From: Octopus sinensis
Lineage: Eukaryota
NCBI RefSeq assembly: GCF_006345805.1
Contig: NC_042998.1
Span: 117,056,001-117,120,000 of the forward strand
Length of the DNA stretch: 64,000 bases
Reading direction: 5' to 3'
Position 1 is the stretch's first letter; each line of letters opens with the position of its first letter. Position numbers and translations under genes: made by a program. The notes under the pieces are model-generated. The model was not told the origin of the DNA. It saw only the letters and a list, made by a program, of their open reading frames with translations, and ran no database searches. Positions 1-16,655 of this stretch are shown one piece after another.

Positions 1-19
1 CGTAGGGTGGGTTGTAGCC

Positions 20-196
20 GATGCTATCACACCCGGTTATTTTCAGACTGGTACTTTACTGATTAGGAAAAAACAAAGGACAAAACAAAAAAATGAAAGT
101 GAAATTTGATATGAGTGGGATTTGAAATCAGAAAATAAACAGCCGGAACAAATATCACAAGGCTATTTTCCAGCCTTCTAACGATTTTAGCAATTA
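20..196 (-). mobile_element. Degenerate tRNA-derived SINE (family A)
   Basis: Reverse complement resembles the intact SINE at 33616-33846 (ctggtac, gaatttgaa.tcagaa, ctaacgatt motifs). Confidence 0.55.
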
Positions 197-228
197 AATA
201 ATAATAATAAAATAATAATAATAATATT

Positions 229-281
<53 letters not shown>

Positions 282-289
282 TAATAATG

Positions 290-374
<85 letters not shown>

Positions 375-452
375 TAATAATAATAATAATAACGATAATG
401 ATAATGATAATGATGATGATGAGGAGGGGGAGGAGGATAATAATAATAATAT
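197..452. repeat. (TAA)n/(TGA)n microsatellite
   Basis: Trinucleotide array seen directly. Confidence 0.95.
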
Positions 453-735
453 GGATTTCAAATTTTGGCACAAGGCCACCATGTTTAGGGCATGTGTAAG
501 TGGATGATATCCACCCCGGTACACAGCTGGTACTTATTTCAAATAACAGTCATCTCAACTACGTGTGCAAGATCTGAAATTTTGTGCAAGTGGGTAGGTT
601 GACTACAACAACCCTAGTTCTCAAGTGGTATTTTTTTTTTTCACCGGACCCAAAACCATGAATTTGAAGTCAAGACATAAAGCCGGAAGAAATGCCACTT
701 ATCATAATGTCCGGCACAGAAACAATTCTACCAGC
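452..735 (-). mobile_element. Degenerate family A SINE fragments
   Basis: Starts tttcaaattttggcacaaggcca and contains ctggtacttattt and gaatttgaa motifs matching other copies in reverse orientation. Confidence 0.5.
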
Positions 736-739
736 TCAT

Positions 740-740
740 C

Positions 741-798
<58 letters not shown>

Positions 799-836
799 CA
801 TTATTATTATTATTATTATATTTATTGTTATTGTTA

Positions 837-878
<42 letters not shown>

Positions 879-960
879 TATCGTTATTGCCGTCGACGTC
901 GTTGTCGTTGTTGTCGTTGTTGTTGGTGGCGGTGTTGCTGGTGTTGTTGTTGTTGTAGTT
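740..960. repeat. (TTA)n/(TTG)n microsatellite
   Basis: Seen directly. Confidence 0.95.
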
Positions 961-965
961 CTTAA

Positions 966-1180
966 GTCGACGAGCTGGCAGAATCGTTAGCGCACTAGAC
1001 AAAATGATGAGCTGTGTTTCGACCGTCTTTGCGTTCTGAGTTCAAATTTCACTGAGGTCGACTTTACCTTTTATTCTTTTGAGGTGAGTAAAATAAGCAA
1101 CCAGTTGAACACTGGGGTCGATGTATTCGACTTAGCATCTCCACGGAAATTACTGGTCTTGTGTCTAAATTTGAAACCAC
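966..1180 (+). mobile_element. tRNA-derived SINE (family A)
   Basis: gagctggcagaatcgttag (A-box-like), gagttcaaat (B-box-like), gaggtcgacttt...ctggggtcgatgta; matches 33616-33846. Confidence 0.8.
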
Positions 1181-1232
1181 TATTATTATAATTTTTATTA
1201 TTATCATTATTATTATTATTATTTTTATTATT

Positions 1233-1285
<53 letters not shown>

Positions 1286-1340
1286 TAATAATAATAATAA
1301 TAATAATATAACAACAACAACAACAACAAAAACAATAATT
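1181..1340. repeat. (TTA)n followed by (TAA)n/(CAA)n microsatellite
   Basis: Seen directly; the array switches strand at about 1236. Confidence 0.9.
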
Positions 1341-1896
1341 AAAGCAAATCCAAACTACGGGTCAAGGTCACACATGTGACGGATGTCGGTTGGGGAGCTT
1401 CACCCCTATGTACATTGCGGGTGTTTGAAAGCAGTTTCAAACGAAGACAGGCGAATAACTATAGTTGTTTTTTTTTTATTTATTCTGAGCGTTACCATTA
1501 TACATTCCTCATGTAAGCATCATACACCTTAACTATCAGGGAGACAATAGAATCAATACCATTATTTCCACGCACGTTCGCGCACGCATATACACATGGA
1601 ATCACGTACAAACACACATGCACAGATGTAGGTATGTTTTCATGTGTTGTGTGCGTATGCGCGTATTTATAAGGGTGTATGTGTGTGTTGTGTTGTGTGT
1701 GTGTGTATTGTGTGTGTGTGTGTGTGTGATTTTTGTGTTTGCATCGAAGTATGTTTCATAAATTGCTAAAAAATAAATAAAAAATTAATTAGAGTTATGA
1801 GCTATGCCACCGATGTCTATGCTCTGCTAAGAAAAACCCAAGTAATAAAAATAATCTCGGATATATAATGAAAAGCATCTACATATATGTATAAGC

Positions 1897-1897
<1 letters not shown>

Positions 1898-1985
<88 letters not shown>

Positions 1986-2055
1986 TTTATATGCATATGC
2001 ATTTATATACTTACATATATACATACATAAATATACATGCATATATATGTGTATC

Positions 2056-2126
<71 letters not shown>

Positions 2127-2236
2127 TATGTATGCATATAAATGCATATATACGTATACACACATATATATGGGTGTATGTGTAGAAGAATGGATGGATA
2201 GGTGGATGGATGGATGGATGGATGGATGGATGGACT
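1898..2236. repeat. (TA)n and (GGAT)n microsatellites
   Basis: Seen directly. Confidence 0.95.
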
Positions 2237-3194
2237 GATCGATATATGCGTGCATGTATGCTTGTATATTTAAAATCATTACAATAAATTCGTGATATAA
2301 ACACATTGTAATAATACACATGGAGTCAAACATGTCAAATCTTACCTTAATTTCTCAACTGTTTGTAATGTGAATAAAATATTGGTATAACTTTTTTTTA
2401 ATAGTTGTACTCGAGTACTTTAGTTAAATATGCCTCGCGGGTAGTGGCTTCAATTCGTTGATATATTTTTGTGTTTCCGTCTGTAATTTTTTTCTAAATA
2501 TACATATATTTTTATATAACAGATATACATGTGTAATCGTTTCTGTATGTATTTATATAAATATGTGTGCGTCTGTGAATATGTTTATGTGCATATATGT
2601 GTGGATTTGTATTTAATATTTGTCGTGTATGTATTTTGTTTATTCTTTATTTTTATCTCTTTTTTTCAAATATATTTTATTTAAATATTCTGATAAATTG
2701 TGTTGTTTTTCTCACACGAAGTCGATAGCAAAGTCTATATAACACGTATGTAATTCCAGTATCTCCGCCTTAAGTCACTCGCTTCATGTTTGACTTATTC
2801 TTGTTAGCATTATTAGTATATAATTAGTATAATTATTATTGTTATTAATATTATTATTATGTTATTGTATATACATATATATGTTTGTGTTTAAGTGCTT
2901 GTATGTATATGTTATTTTGTGTGTGTGTGTCTGTATTTATATTTATGTATGTTTGTATATGTAGGTGTGTATATATGTTTATATTTATGTAGTGTGTGTA
3001 TGTATATCTTTTTCGTCTACTTCTTCCTTTGCGGTGATGTTATTGTGACATACAGCTCTGTCTGTTCTCCGGTATCAGAAGAATAACGAAAATATTCCTA
3101 TCTCCTCCGTGTGCCCGTCCGTCCGTTTTTCCAAATGTTACAACATTCTAATAAACGAGCTGCTATTTCTGGTTCCATGAAATTAATTTCTATC

Positions 3195-3545
3195 ATAATA
3201 ACAACGATGATGATAAAAATGAAGACGATAGTGATGATTTTGTTAATGATAATGCTGATGTTAATGATGATGACAGTGAAGATGATAAAAAAGATGATGC
3301 TGATGATAACGGTAATATTTTTGATACTGATGAGGATACTGCTGATGCTAATGCTAATGGTGACGACGGTGATGATGATGAGGGAGATACTGAAGACGGT
3401 TTTGATGTTATTATTAATTGCTGGTTATTTGGTAGCGGCGGTTGCTGTTATTGTTGTTGTTGTTGTTGTTATAGTTGTATGTATTGTTGTTGTATTGGTA
3501 ATGACGATGATGGTGGTGGTAGATGTGGTTGTGGTAGTGTTTAGC
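3195..3545. repeat. Degenerate (GAT)n/(GTT)n low-complexity tract
   Basis: Seen directly. Confidence 0.85.
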
Positions 3546-4999
3546 GACCTTTATAGTCAACATATCTGGTAACTTCATCCGCACTCTCGTAACTTCTCTG
3601 ACCGACCGACTGTCATATATTTATTATCATTCGCTACAGCCTCAGTTATATTGTTGTTCTTGCTGTTACTGTTGCCGTTACTGCGACTGCTACTTCTGCT
3701 GCTGCTAATAGTGGTAGCGGTGTAGTTCTTCTTGATCGTGGTGTTTTAAGTGTTGCCGAAAATCTCCGGAAAGTACCATGGTCTTTCTCCTGCTATTTTA
3801 ACCCCTACACATACATTTAAACACCACATGTTACTCGCATCTGCTTGTCTGACTGACTGCCTCTCCTTTGCCTTCGTATTGCTGCCTTCCTATCTATGTA
3901 TCTGTCTGTCTGTCTGTCTGCCTGACTTGCTGTTGCTGATTGCAGGAATGCTGGCTGGTTGGCTGGCTGGCTGGCTGGCTGGCTTGTAGATGAGACTCAG
4001 AATATATTGGCTCTGTGGCTGTGTGGCTGCTTTGATGGCTAAACTCGTTTGTCTTAGCTGCCTCCCAGTTTGTCTTGTCTTGTCTGTCTGTCTGCCTCCA
4101 TCTTTATATCTGACTCCGTTTATCTTTTCATATAACACATTTGTACGACTTCATTCTCTATCACTTTCGTTTATTATCAATAACTATATCTTTCTATCTT
4201 ATTTCAAGGAATTTTTTACTCGCTCACTTACACCCTCTCTTTCTCTCTTACCCTCATTCTCTCTCTCTGTTTCTTACACATTCTTTCTTACACGCTCTTT
4301 CTCACTTTCTCTGTATCTATCTATCTATCGTTCTATCTATCTATTTCTCTGAATATTTATCTATTTATCTATGTATCTGTGTATGTGTGTGTGTGCTTGC
4401 ATGTACGTAAATATGAATGAATATGCATATATCTTTTTCTATCGTTATACTTTTCCCTGATTTTTACTTTCATTTCATTCAATCAGGCCTATCTCTTTTG
4501 ATATCCTAGCCTTTCAATGTTCTTTAATTAAGGTTGACTACTAAGGATATTATTGCTTAAAACGACTTTTGTTACACGGAATTATAATATAACCCCCACC
4601 ACCACCACGAAAGGTGCAAGTGTAAGGACCGGTGTCTAATGCTTTATATTAGGGGCTGAGGTTTCATTGTTCATCAGTATGAATTATATATTTGCTCTCG
4701 TGTTTCTTTCATTAGATATTGTGAACAAGTATATATTCAAACGAAGGACGGAAGAACTATATACACCACAGGATACTCCGAAAACTATGCACAACTGTAC
4801 ACTGGTTGAATATTTAAGAACCTGTTGGGTACCTTCCTTTTGTTTAGATTCAACCGTAACAACCTGTCCGATTACAAATTTTGGGGCATTTTTTCGTCTG
4901 ATGGAAAAAAAAAATGTCTATATTTTGTATACGGTTCTCTCCATTTACGTGTGTAGCAATACAAATATAATTCCATACTATCATTCATGCTCACGCAGA

Positions 5000-8240
<3,241 letters not shown>

Positions 8241-8692
8241 TGAGTGGTGATAGTATAAGACAGGCGGACGGGCACACAAGCACGCATACCTACACATACG
8301 CACAGATTTATATATAATGAAATAAAACAGAGACGCCACGCCGCAGATTATGTGAACTGTGATATGAATAGTTGAAAGCGTAATTGTAAGTTTGAATGAG
8401 AAGAGGGAGATAAATGGACAATTCACTGCAGATGAGTATCTTAGATGTTAAAAGAGGACCGGGAATTTTTACAAGGGAAGATTACAATACGATTTAAGGC
8501 ATAGCTGTATGTAAATAGACTAATGCTGTTAATGCGTCATGAAAGTGGATCTAATTGGAAACATCAAGATACTTGAAAAAGTGTATGTCTGTGTGTATGT
8601 GAACTAGCGTGTTACTAGTGGTCAATTTTATATAAATACTCATTTAGAGGAGTTGCAGTCACCCATCACTCTCATGTGGTACCGACTTTGTA

Positions 8693-8918
8693 CGAGTTGG
8701 TGCTGAAAAATTCCTGGGTTTCGGGCAAAAGAAATACAAGAGGATCAGTTAATTATGATTTCATTAAGCATATTCTCCTCACAGATTCACATACTTATTA
8801 CAGCGGACCTATGTTTATATATATATATATAAACCCTGTAAAAGGTCTCGGAAGGTTGGGCCCCTAACCAAGCCTTTCGTTCTATCCTTAAAGCCAGGAA
8901 CTTTTCAGCACGCCCTCG
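8693..8918. mobile_element. Mariner-type MITE (~226 bp)
   Basis: TA|cgagttggtgctgaaaaattcctgg ... ccaggaacttttcagcacgccctcg|TA: imperfect ~25-bp TIRs with TA flanks; termini resemble the mariner ends at 41054 and 48469. Confidence 0.8.
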
Positions 8919-9229
8919 TAGTATGTAATATTTTTTGTTCATAGTTTTAAGTGCATGTGTATCCTGTTGATACTCAATACAGCTGAGCAGACTGAAGTAA
9001 CTCACTACAATTAAACACCTTAACCACGAGGAGTCGCTCTTTTACACATTGCATACGTTAGCATCCTCATAAATTTGAATATTTGGTTAATCACTTTGTT
9101 TTACTTTGTTGAGCATACATTTTTCATACCTAGAATTAGATCGAAATGAATAAAATTCATAATGGATAGTTCTTTGATTTTCTATCATTACAAATTTTCA
9201 GTAGACTGCATTCTTTTATTATTTTACTT

Positions 9230-9480
9230 CATTTTTCAGTTACTGGGCTTTGGCTATACTTGGATATTGCGATGAAGGGTTCAGTCGAACAAAGCAATCT
9301 CAGTACTTAAATTATTGGAAGTGTAGTAACTATTCTATGGAACGTTTTGCCGAATCACGAAGCTTCGAGACATAAAAAAACTAGCAACAGCCATCAAGTG
9401 ATGTGGACTCAAACACAAAAGCATACACACATATGAGTCAGGCTTCCACATAGGTTTTCGCTTACCACTTTCACTCTCAG
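9230..9480 (-). mobile_element. Degenerate tRNA-derived SINE (family B, 3' part)
   Basis: cagtactta...tattctat...ttttgccgaa motifs shared with 24140-24440 and 44985-45390. Confidence 0.55.
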
Positions 9481-9559
9481 TGCAATCACTTTTATTACTA
9501 ATATAATGCTTATTTTATTTTCACAATCTTTATAATTTGACAGAAGCTCCATCTCGTTC

Positions 9560-12500
9560 TGGCAAATCTATTGTCCTGAAGGGAACAACATGTATCTGAG
9601 AGTACAGAAAGTTTTGGTCTAGGATTTTGATAAGTATACTAGGACAGATAACTTTGATTTTCTCGTCAGTCTAAAGAGACATGTCTCACGTACTGATACC
9701 CAAGTCGTTATCAGATATCGTATGAGATACATACTTACACCACTTTTCTAATTCCTGTCGATGTGGCCGCACTTGTATACTCGAATGTGCCTCTGAATCT
9801 AATCTGATATGTGGCAAGAACTAAGCAGCAGAAATGATGTTGTTTTATAACATTGGTTGCATAGTCTACCCTTCATATTACATTTTTTGTTTCATGTTTA
9901 ATTGCAGATGTTTCTGCAGATGCATTGTAATTATGTAACAAAAATCAGAACTTGTTTTTCTTTGTAGTCTTAACTTTTTAACCATTGTTAGCTTTCACTC
10001 TGGCTTATTCTTGCTTTCTCTGTTGAGTATTGTGGGGTTACTGTCCTGAAGTATTTTGGCTTCTTGCTCCTTTTTCCTAATGTAGTGTATTTTACAATTC
10101 CGTTGAAATTGTGTTTGGTTTACACATTTTTTGCTTTGTTCTAACCTGAATTGTTTCCATTTTAGTTTTTAGTTTTTGTTTACTATTTCATTATACACAG
10201 AGAAAGATTTTTCTATATAAGCACTTTAATAATTGATTCGTCCATAATGGAAGAAAGCATATCAAAATTATATTGTTTTGTTTACGTCTCGAAAATATCA
10301 ATATGATTGTGTGACACAAGATGTTAGATTGTTTATATATTTAATATTTAAAATTATAGAGTAGTCCTATATCTGTAAACAAGTTGTTTCTCTATGCTGT
10401 GTGTCTGCATCATTGAAGAGTTGAACAGAAGAGGTTGAATTAATTAATTAATTACTGAACTGATTGATTTAAATTTAAATAGGGTAATAGGAAGAGATTA
10501 AGAAATATTAAGGAAATAATCGCTATAGATTTAGAAAGAGATAACTATAACTGAATGTAGTACATTTTTATTTCTTACAGAACTTTCAACTTAGTGCACG
10601 ATAAGTATATTTTCCCTATTTGAGCTTCAGTGGTGGTTTCTAACTCTTAAATGTTTCATGATTCTTACTCTCTCTAATCTCTTCCTTAGGTAGATGAAGA
10701 TATGGCGTTTAATTATGTTGCCTGCTACATTCTGTAATCAGGATGGCTTGTCGATATATATATGTACATATAAGCACGTATTATCTGCCTTCGAAACAAG
10801 AAGGGTTTTATTCTTAATGCTATTCGGTTTTTCATGTATTGATCTTTTCCAATTTTCTTATCTCACTTTCTAGCATAGCAGTTTCATCGACTCCTAAGTA
10901 TTTGTGAGGAAGTTTAAAGCCTTACTCTCTGATTTTGATTTTCATATACTTTTGTATTCTTCACATTAGCTAAGTTGCATTTTTTTTTGTACCTTCGGCA
11001 CTTTTGTTTAAAATGCACCATGTATTTCTTGGCTGAATTTATGAGCAAATTTTCGTAGTCTTTCCTGCTTGGTATCAACTTCTGTCAATATTTTCGAGTG
11101 ATATTGAGTAAACAGTTCATTAGATATTTGTAACATCTGTAATCATTGATGTTTTTATCCAACAGATTGTTTTAATGGAGTCTAAGCTAGGCATAAGAGT
11201 AGCGGAGATAATAATACATCTATTCTTCTTGTTGATATAGGTTTGGTTTTAATTATCTCTTCTTTCACTTGTAGGAAACTGGAGCTACTTTGTCATGTAA
11301 CACATCTCTTTCATCCGAGTGTGTGATATGGTATCAAATGTTATTTGGAATCAGTTGAAGCCATACTATTGTTTTGTTTTCGTCTCGAAAATATCAATAT
11401 GATTGTGTGACACAAGATGTTAGATTGTTTATATATTTAATGTTTAAAATTATAGAGTAGTCCTATATCTGTAAACAAGTTGTTTCTCTATGCTGTGTGT
11501 CTGCATCATTGAAGAGTTGAACAGAAGAGGTTGAATTAATTAATTACCGAACTGATTGATTTAAATTTAAATAGGGTAATAGGAAGAGATTAAGAAATAT
11601 TAAGGAAATAATCGCTATAGATTTAGAAAGAGAAAACTATAACTGAATGTAGTACATTTTTATTTCTAACAGAACTTTCAACTTAGTGCACGATAAGTAT
11701 ATTTTCCCTATTTGAGCTTCAGTGGTGGTTTCTAACTCTTAAATGTTTCATGATTCTTACTCTCTCTAATCTCTTCCTTAGGTAGATGAAGATATGGCGT
11801 TTAATTATGTTGCCTGCTACATTCTGTAATCAGGATGGCTTGTCGAGATATATATGTACATATAAGCAAAGCACGTATTATCTGCCTTCTAAACAAGAAG
11901 GGTTTTATTCTTAATGCTATTCGGTTTTTCATGTATTGATCTTTTCCAATTTTCTTATCTCACTTTCTAGCATAGCAGTTTCATCGACTCCTAAGTATTT
12001 GTGAGGAAGTTTAAGGCCTTACTCTCTGATTTTGATTTTCATATACTTTTGTATTCTTCACATTAGCTAAGTTGCATTTTTTTATTGTACCTTCGGCACT
12101 TTTGTTTAAAATGCACCATGTATTTCTTGGCTGAATTTATGAGCAAATTTTCGTAGTCTTTCCTGCTTGGTATCAACTTCTGTCAATATTTTCGAGTGAT
12201 ATTGAGTAAACAGTTCATTAGATATTTGTAACATCTGTAATCATTGATGTTTTTATCCAACAGATTGTTTTAATGGAGTCTAAGCTAGGCATAAGAGTAG
12301 CGGAGATAATAATACATCTATTCTTCTTGTTGATATAGGTTTGGTTTTAATTATCTCTTCTTTCACTTGTAGGAAACTGGAGCTACTTTGTCATGTAACA
12401 CATCTCTTTCATCCGAGTGTGTGATATGGTATCAAATGTTATTTGGGAATCAGTTGAAGCCATACTATTGTTTGTTTTCTTCATTTCCCGTGTGATATAA

Positions 12501-13300
12501 TAGCCCTTATCATCAATAGCAGCCCTTTCATCCATGCAATCGTTTCCCGGTATTCTTTCATCTCCTCTGTTTATATGATTCTCCAGTGGAGTAACTCACT
12601 TATTGTGAAAAATTGATGTAAGGGCTTTTTGTGTTGTTGGTAAACAAATTACACAGCTGAAATTTCGTGGGACACTAGCTGCTATAATCTCGATATTCAT
12701 TCTAGTCAATTTACTACGTCATCAAATGCTGTCAACAAATACCCATCACTTCTAGTGACATGCTTTAGCTAAAAATTGTAGACCTTGGCAGGATTCTAAT
12801 AAGTAGAAATACTTTCAGATAAATTTCATTTTCTTCATTACATTACAAAACTTTAGTCCTTAATCTCTTTCCGTATGCTTAGTGCATCAGCCATTATCAT
12901 GTGCTTTTCTTTCTTCCTCTTTAGAAAAATAGTTCTCAAATCTCACCGTTTTTGACTGAAAGACAAAAGATGATCAAATCCAATTTTCTGCAGTAACACC
13001 ACTTTTACTGAAAATATTACATTTTGCGACGAATTTATACTATTTTGGGCGGTTTTTCTCCGGACAAAATTTTGCGTTGACCCATATTGTTTTTAAACAA
13101 TACTTCATGAAGTTACTTCTTCGTGTATAGCTTGAACAGTGATTTACTTTGAAATATGTTCATGGAGTGCTGTAACTACTTCTCATTTCATTTCCCATGT
13201 TGTGCTTAAGGAATTCCCAAACATAAACTCTAATTTGTCTCTGTATTCTTTTTTTGTTGCGACGTTGAAAGTAGCTTACTTTTATTTCCTGGGAATTTGT
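9560..13300 (-). pseudogene. Degenerate non-LTR retrotransposon of R4/Dong (RLE) type, RT region
   Basis: Minus-strand translation gives PRNFSCVICLPTTQKALTSI (cf. NYRPITCLPTxYK), RRIDVLLSPLLLCLA*TPL (cf. RGIFQGDSLSPLLFCLALIPL) and HKYLGV; many stops and frameshifts. Confidence 0.7.
10271..12465. repeat. Tandem duplication of ~1.1 kb (10271-11366 / 11367-12465)
   Basis: Near-identical copies; tattgttt(t)gttt microhomology at 10271, 11367 and 12466. Confidence 0.92.
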
Positions 13301-14047
13301 ACGGTTTTAGCATTAATCGGGATTTTAGTGTGTGCACGTATGTGTGTCTGTGTCTGTGTGTGTGTTTCCTGACATTCTTTTCCCTTAATCATATAGGTAT
13401 TTTAAACAAAATGCGCTGATAATATTTTCATTGTGACCATCACTGTTGTAGCTTTCTTTCATTCTTGGAGTCGTTTTGAGCTTTGCGTGTGGTGGGTTGT
13501 GTTATTATGCATCCATTTATTTTATGAGTGCTTATCTATTTTTTAAAAGTACTCCATTAATTTATATTTAACATAGATTTTATCATTCAAATGTGCATTT
13601 ACCTCACTTCATCTTTTTTCTTTACCCCTTTAATCATATACCTTTTACATGGCACTGATATGTGGTTCATATGTGATTTCACGTGTAATGACACTGTAGC
13701 ATTTTAAGGTATGGGCCATTCATGTAATTTCTAATCACTCAGAGTATTGTTTATTCACTATGTATTATATAGTTATTCACACCCATCAACTAACGATGTC
13801 TTATGCATTAGCACACTTGCACCTCTTTCCTCTATTGGTATACAGAGTCTGTCGATCTAACCTTTTTTACAATGGTGAGCGTTGGAGATTGTGAGACGTT
13901 CAAGAATTCTATTTAAGATTTGAAGCTATCTTTCTATATTTTAGAAAAGAAGCATAATACTTGCTGGCTTCATATTTTCATTGCTTTGATAATGTTCCTT
14001 CTATATCATTTTCTTTTATTTTTATTATTGCTGGTTGTTGTTGTTAC

Positions 14048-14100
<53 letters not shown>

Positions 14101-14120
14101 TATATTATTATTATTATTAT

Positions 14121-14671
14121 TGAGTGAGAGAGCAGTTCATGCCATCAAAGTGACACTGGGGTAAAATATACGAAGCCCAATATACCCATCATAACTACCC
14201 GTCTGATAAAGGTACACCAGGCACATGCATCACAACCATATGTGCGCGACATGGTGATCTCATATCAAGATAAACAGCACATGACCTTGCAGGTGGGGCC
14301 CAGTTAGAATTTTCTTCAGGTTGAGTAGCCATCCCGCTCAAAAGGTCCCTGAATAAGGGTGTTTAAGGATATTGAAAGAACCACCCATGTTTCCAGAGGT
14401 GAATATTCAAACCCCAAAGAATCCCTCTCAACACATGGCTATGATGCTCCCCCACTACTTCTGCTCGTGATCAGAGATGCACATATCGTCAGCCAATAAG
14501 AGACATGCTCAACTGGTTTAAAGTCAAACAACTGACAGGCAAATCTGTGGTATTGAGCAGAATATTGCTGTAGCCCATCTTTTATACCAAGACAAAACAA
14601 TGTACTTGATAACACTTCCAATCAGTAAGATCAGAAGCCATGAGAGCCACTGTCTGGTACTGCATCAGGGC
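14121..14671. mobile_element. ~550-bp non-coding interspersed element embedded in (TTA)n
   Basis: Complex sequence flanked on both sides by (TTA)n arrays (14051-14120 and 14672-14855); no credible ORF. Confidence 0.6.
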
Positions 14672-14758
14672 ATTATTATTATTATTATTATATTATTATT
14701 ATTATTATTATACTATTATTATTATTATTATTATTATATTATTATATTATTATTATTA

Positions 14759-14812
<54 letters not shown>

Positions 14813-14859
14813 CATTGTTCTTGTTGTTGTTGCTGTTGTTATTATTATTATCATCATTT

Positions 14860-15525
14860 CCTTTGCACATCTTCTAACGCTGGAGATGTGCTACGGTGAC
14901 AGCTGTTCTCTACCAGTAAACTAAGTTAACACCTCTCATTTTTCGAGCACCTTCCGGAGTATTCGAGCTGTTCCAAGCAGTGCTCTTTTCTGCAAGTGCT
15001 CCAACCTTATGCAGCCCCTATTTATTCCACGTACTTCTCGAGATTTTTGCTCACTGTTTCTAGGACTTCGACAATTATTGGTATTACTGCTACCTTTTTC
15101 ATCAAACCTAACTGCTTAACTTCCCAAGCTAACCTCTGTCATATCTCTCAACTTTTCTTTCTTATATCCTTATCGCATGCCTTGTTGTTAGCTGGCATGC
15201 TATATCTATGATCCTGCATAGTTTGTTTTCTTTCTCAATTAAAACTATGCCTGGCTTCTAATTCTCCATCTCATGCTCACACTGAATCATAAAATCAATG
15301 GACAAGCCTGGCTATATTGTCGTGGCGTCTCATATTCCCTCTGGGCTAGTGGCGTACATTGGCTGATAATATGCCATACGGTTTCATCGTTTTTTCCACA
15401 GAATCTGCACCTAACACTTTCTGCTGTGTTGTCTATTTTGTATTTTATGTAGTTTGTTCTTAGTGCTTGCCCTTTAAGACCGCTTCCGATTTAAATAACG
15501 GTTAGTCATCCACAGCCATCTTTAA
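14860..15525 (-). pseudogene. 3' part of R4/Dong-type LINE (CCHC knuckle + RLE endonuclease)
   Basis: Minus-strand translation: CRFCGKNDETVWHIISQC (C-x2-C-x8-H-x4-C), KPGIVLIEKENKLCRIIDI (PD..D-like), LQKRALLGTARILRK. The 3' end abuts (TAA)n on the minus strand. Confidence 0.8.
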
Positions 15526-15533
15526 GTTTACAA

Positions 15534-16655
15534 TCTCTATTTACAAACAACAACGACACATTACTGACAGGAAGAAGTTCACAATTACTGATGAAAGTAA
15601 TTTCATACATAATTTACTGACCGAAGAAACTTCATAAATTTCACTCCAATCCGTACACTTCGGTAAATTTGTCTACAAATTTCGTATTTACATTTGCAAC
15701 GTTTTATGTATTTCTTTTTTTTTTCACGGAATTACTGATAAAAGTAAGTTCGTAATTTACTGACAGAAGTAACTTCAAAAATTGCACTTAAAGCCGTACA
15801 CTTAGTTTTGTTTTTCTTTGTTAGCGGCTTTTTTCTTCTGGTTCTTTCGATACTGGCTCTTTGGTTCACTAAGTGACAAACTTCGCTTCAACTCATGCAA
15901 TTCTTTATTTTCCGTAAGAATTTCTTACATACTGCCCGTCGTATTAAGAAATATAATTCCGTTTCCCAGTTATTTTCATTGCTTACTATCTTCTGCACCC
16001 GTGTATTTCTGTATACGTATATAAACATGCCTAGAAGGAAAGTGCCGAATTTGTCTACAAAATCAAGATCAGCCAAAATAATGTCTCTGTCTAGAGAAAG
16101 AGAGACAGCTGCGGAAATGGAAGCAAACCAAGAAACGAACAGACAGTACACTACAAAACCAGAGTATATCAAAGTGATGAACAGAGGTAGGCACGGCTGA
16201 CAAGCAATAGGATCTCCACTACATAATGAAGAGCAGTTGAAATAACTCAGCGAAGCAACTTCTTTGAAGCAGCTTTCAATTATGATCCAGTGGTTCATTA
16301 TACAGATGACACTAGAGTTTCCATTGGTGAAATGACAACTGAGGGCATACATTGTAAAGCAAGGAAGTGCTCTGGAGAGACACGTGTACTGTGCTGCAGT
16401 GGTGGAAAAGTTTAAACTCCATGCGGGCCCCCAATCTCCAGAGCTATTGAAGTAACTGTTATCATCAACTGACCAAGATTGCAAGGGCTTCCAAAACAAA
16501 AAAGTAGACAACACAAGGTTGCACTGTGGATGACATCATTTGGAGAACAAGAGATTTAACTGAGTCAGGATTCATGCAACATTTCAAGATCCAAGGTCAG
16601 ATTTAGCATAGGATTGGCTATCTACTACCTGTGTCAGATGAACCACCAACATTAG
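15534..16655 (+). mobile_element. Helitron 5' relic (Rep/helicase N-terminal region)
   Basis: A|TCTCTATTTACAAA start; subterminal repeats ttactgaca/tgaaagtaa; ORF from 16028 MPRRKVPNLS...; degenerate IGEMT..HCKA..ET..CCSGGKV and FKIQGQI*HRIGYLLP motifs typical of Helitron N-termini. Confidence 0.75.

Noticed and set aside
15888-16514. 208-aa minus-strand ORF
   Set aside because: Antisense shadow of the Helitron relic.
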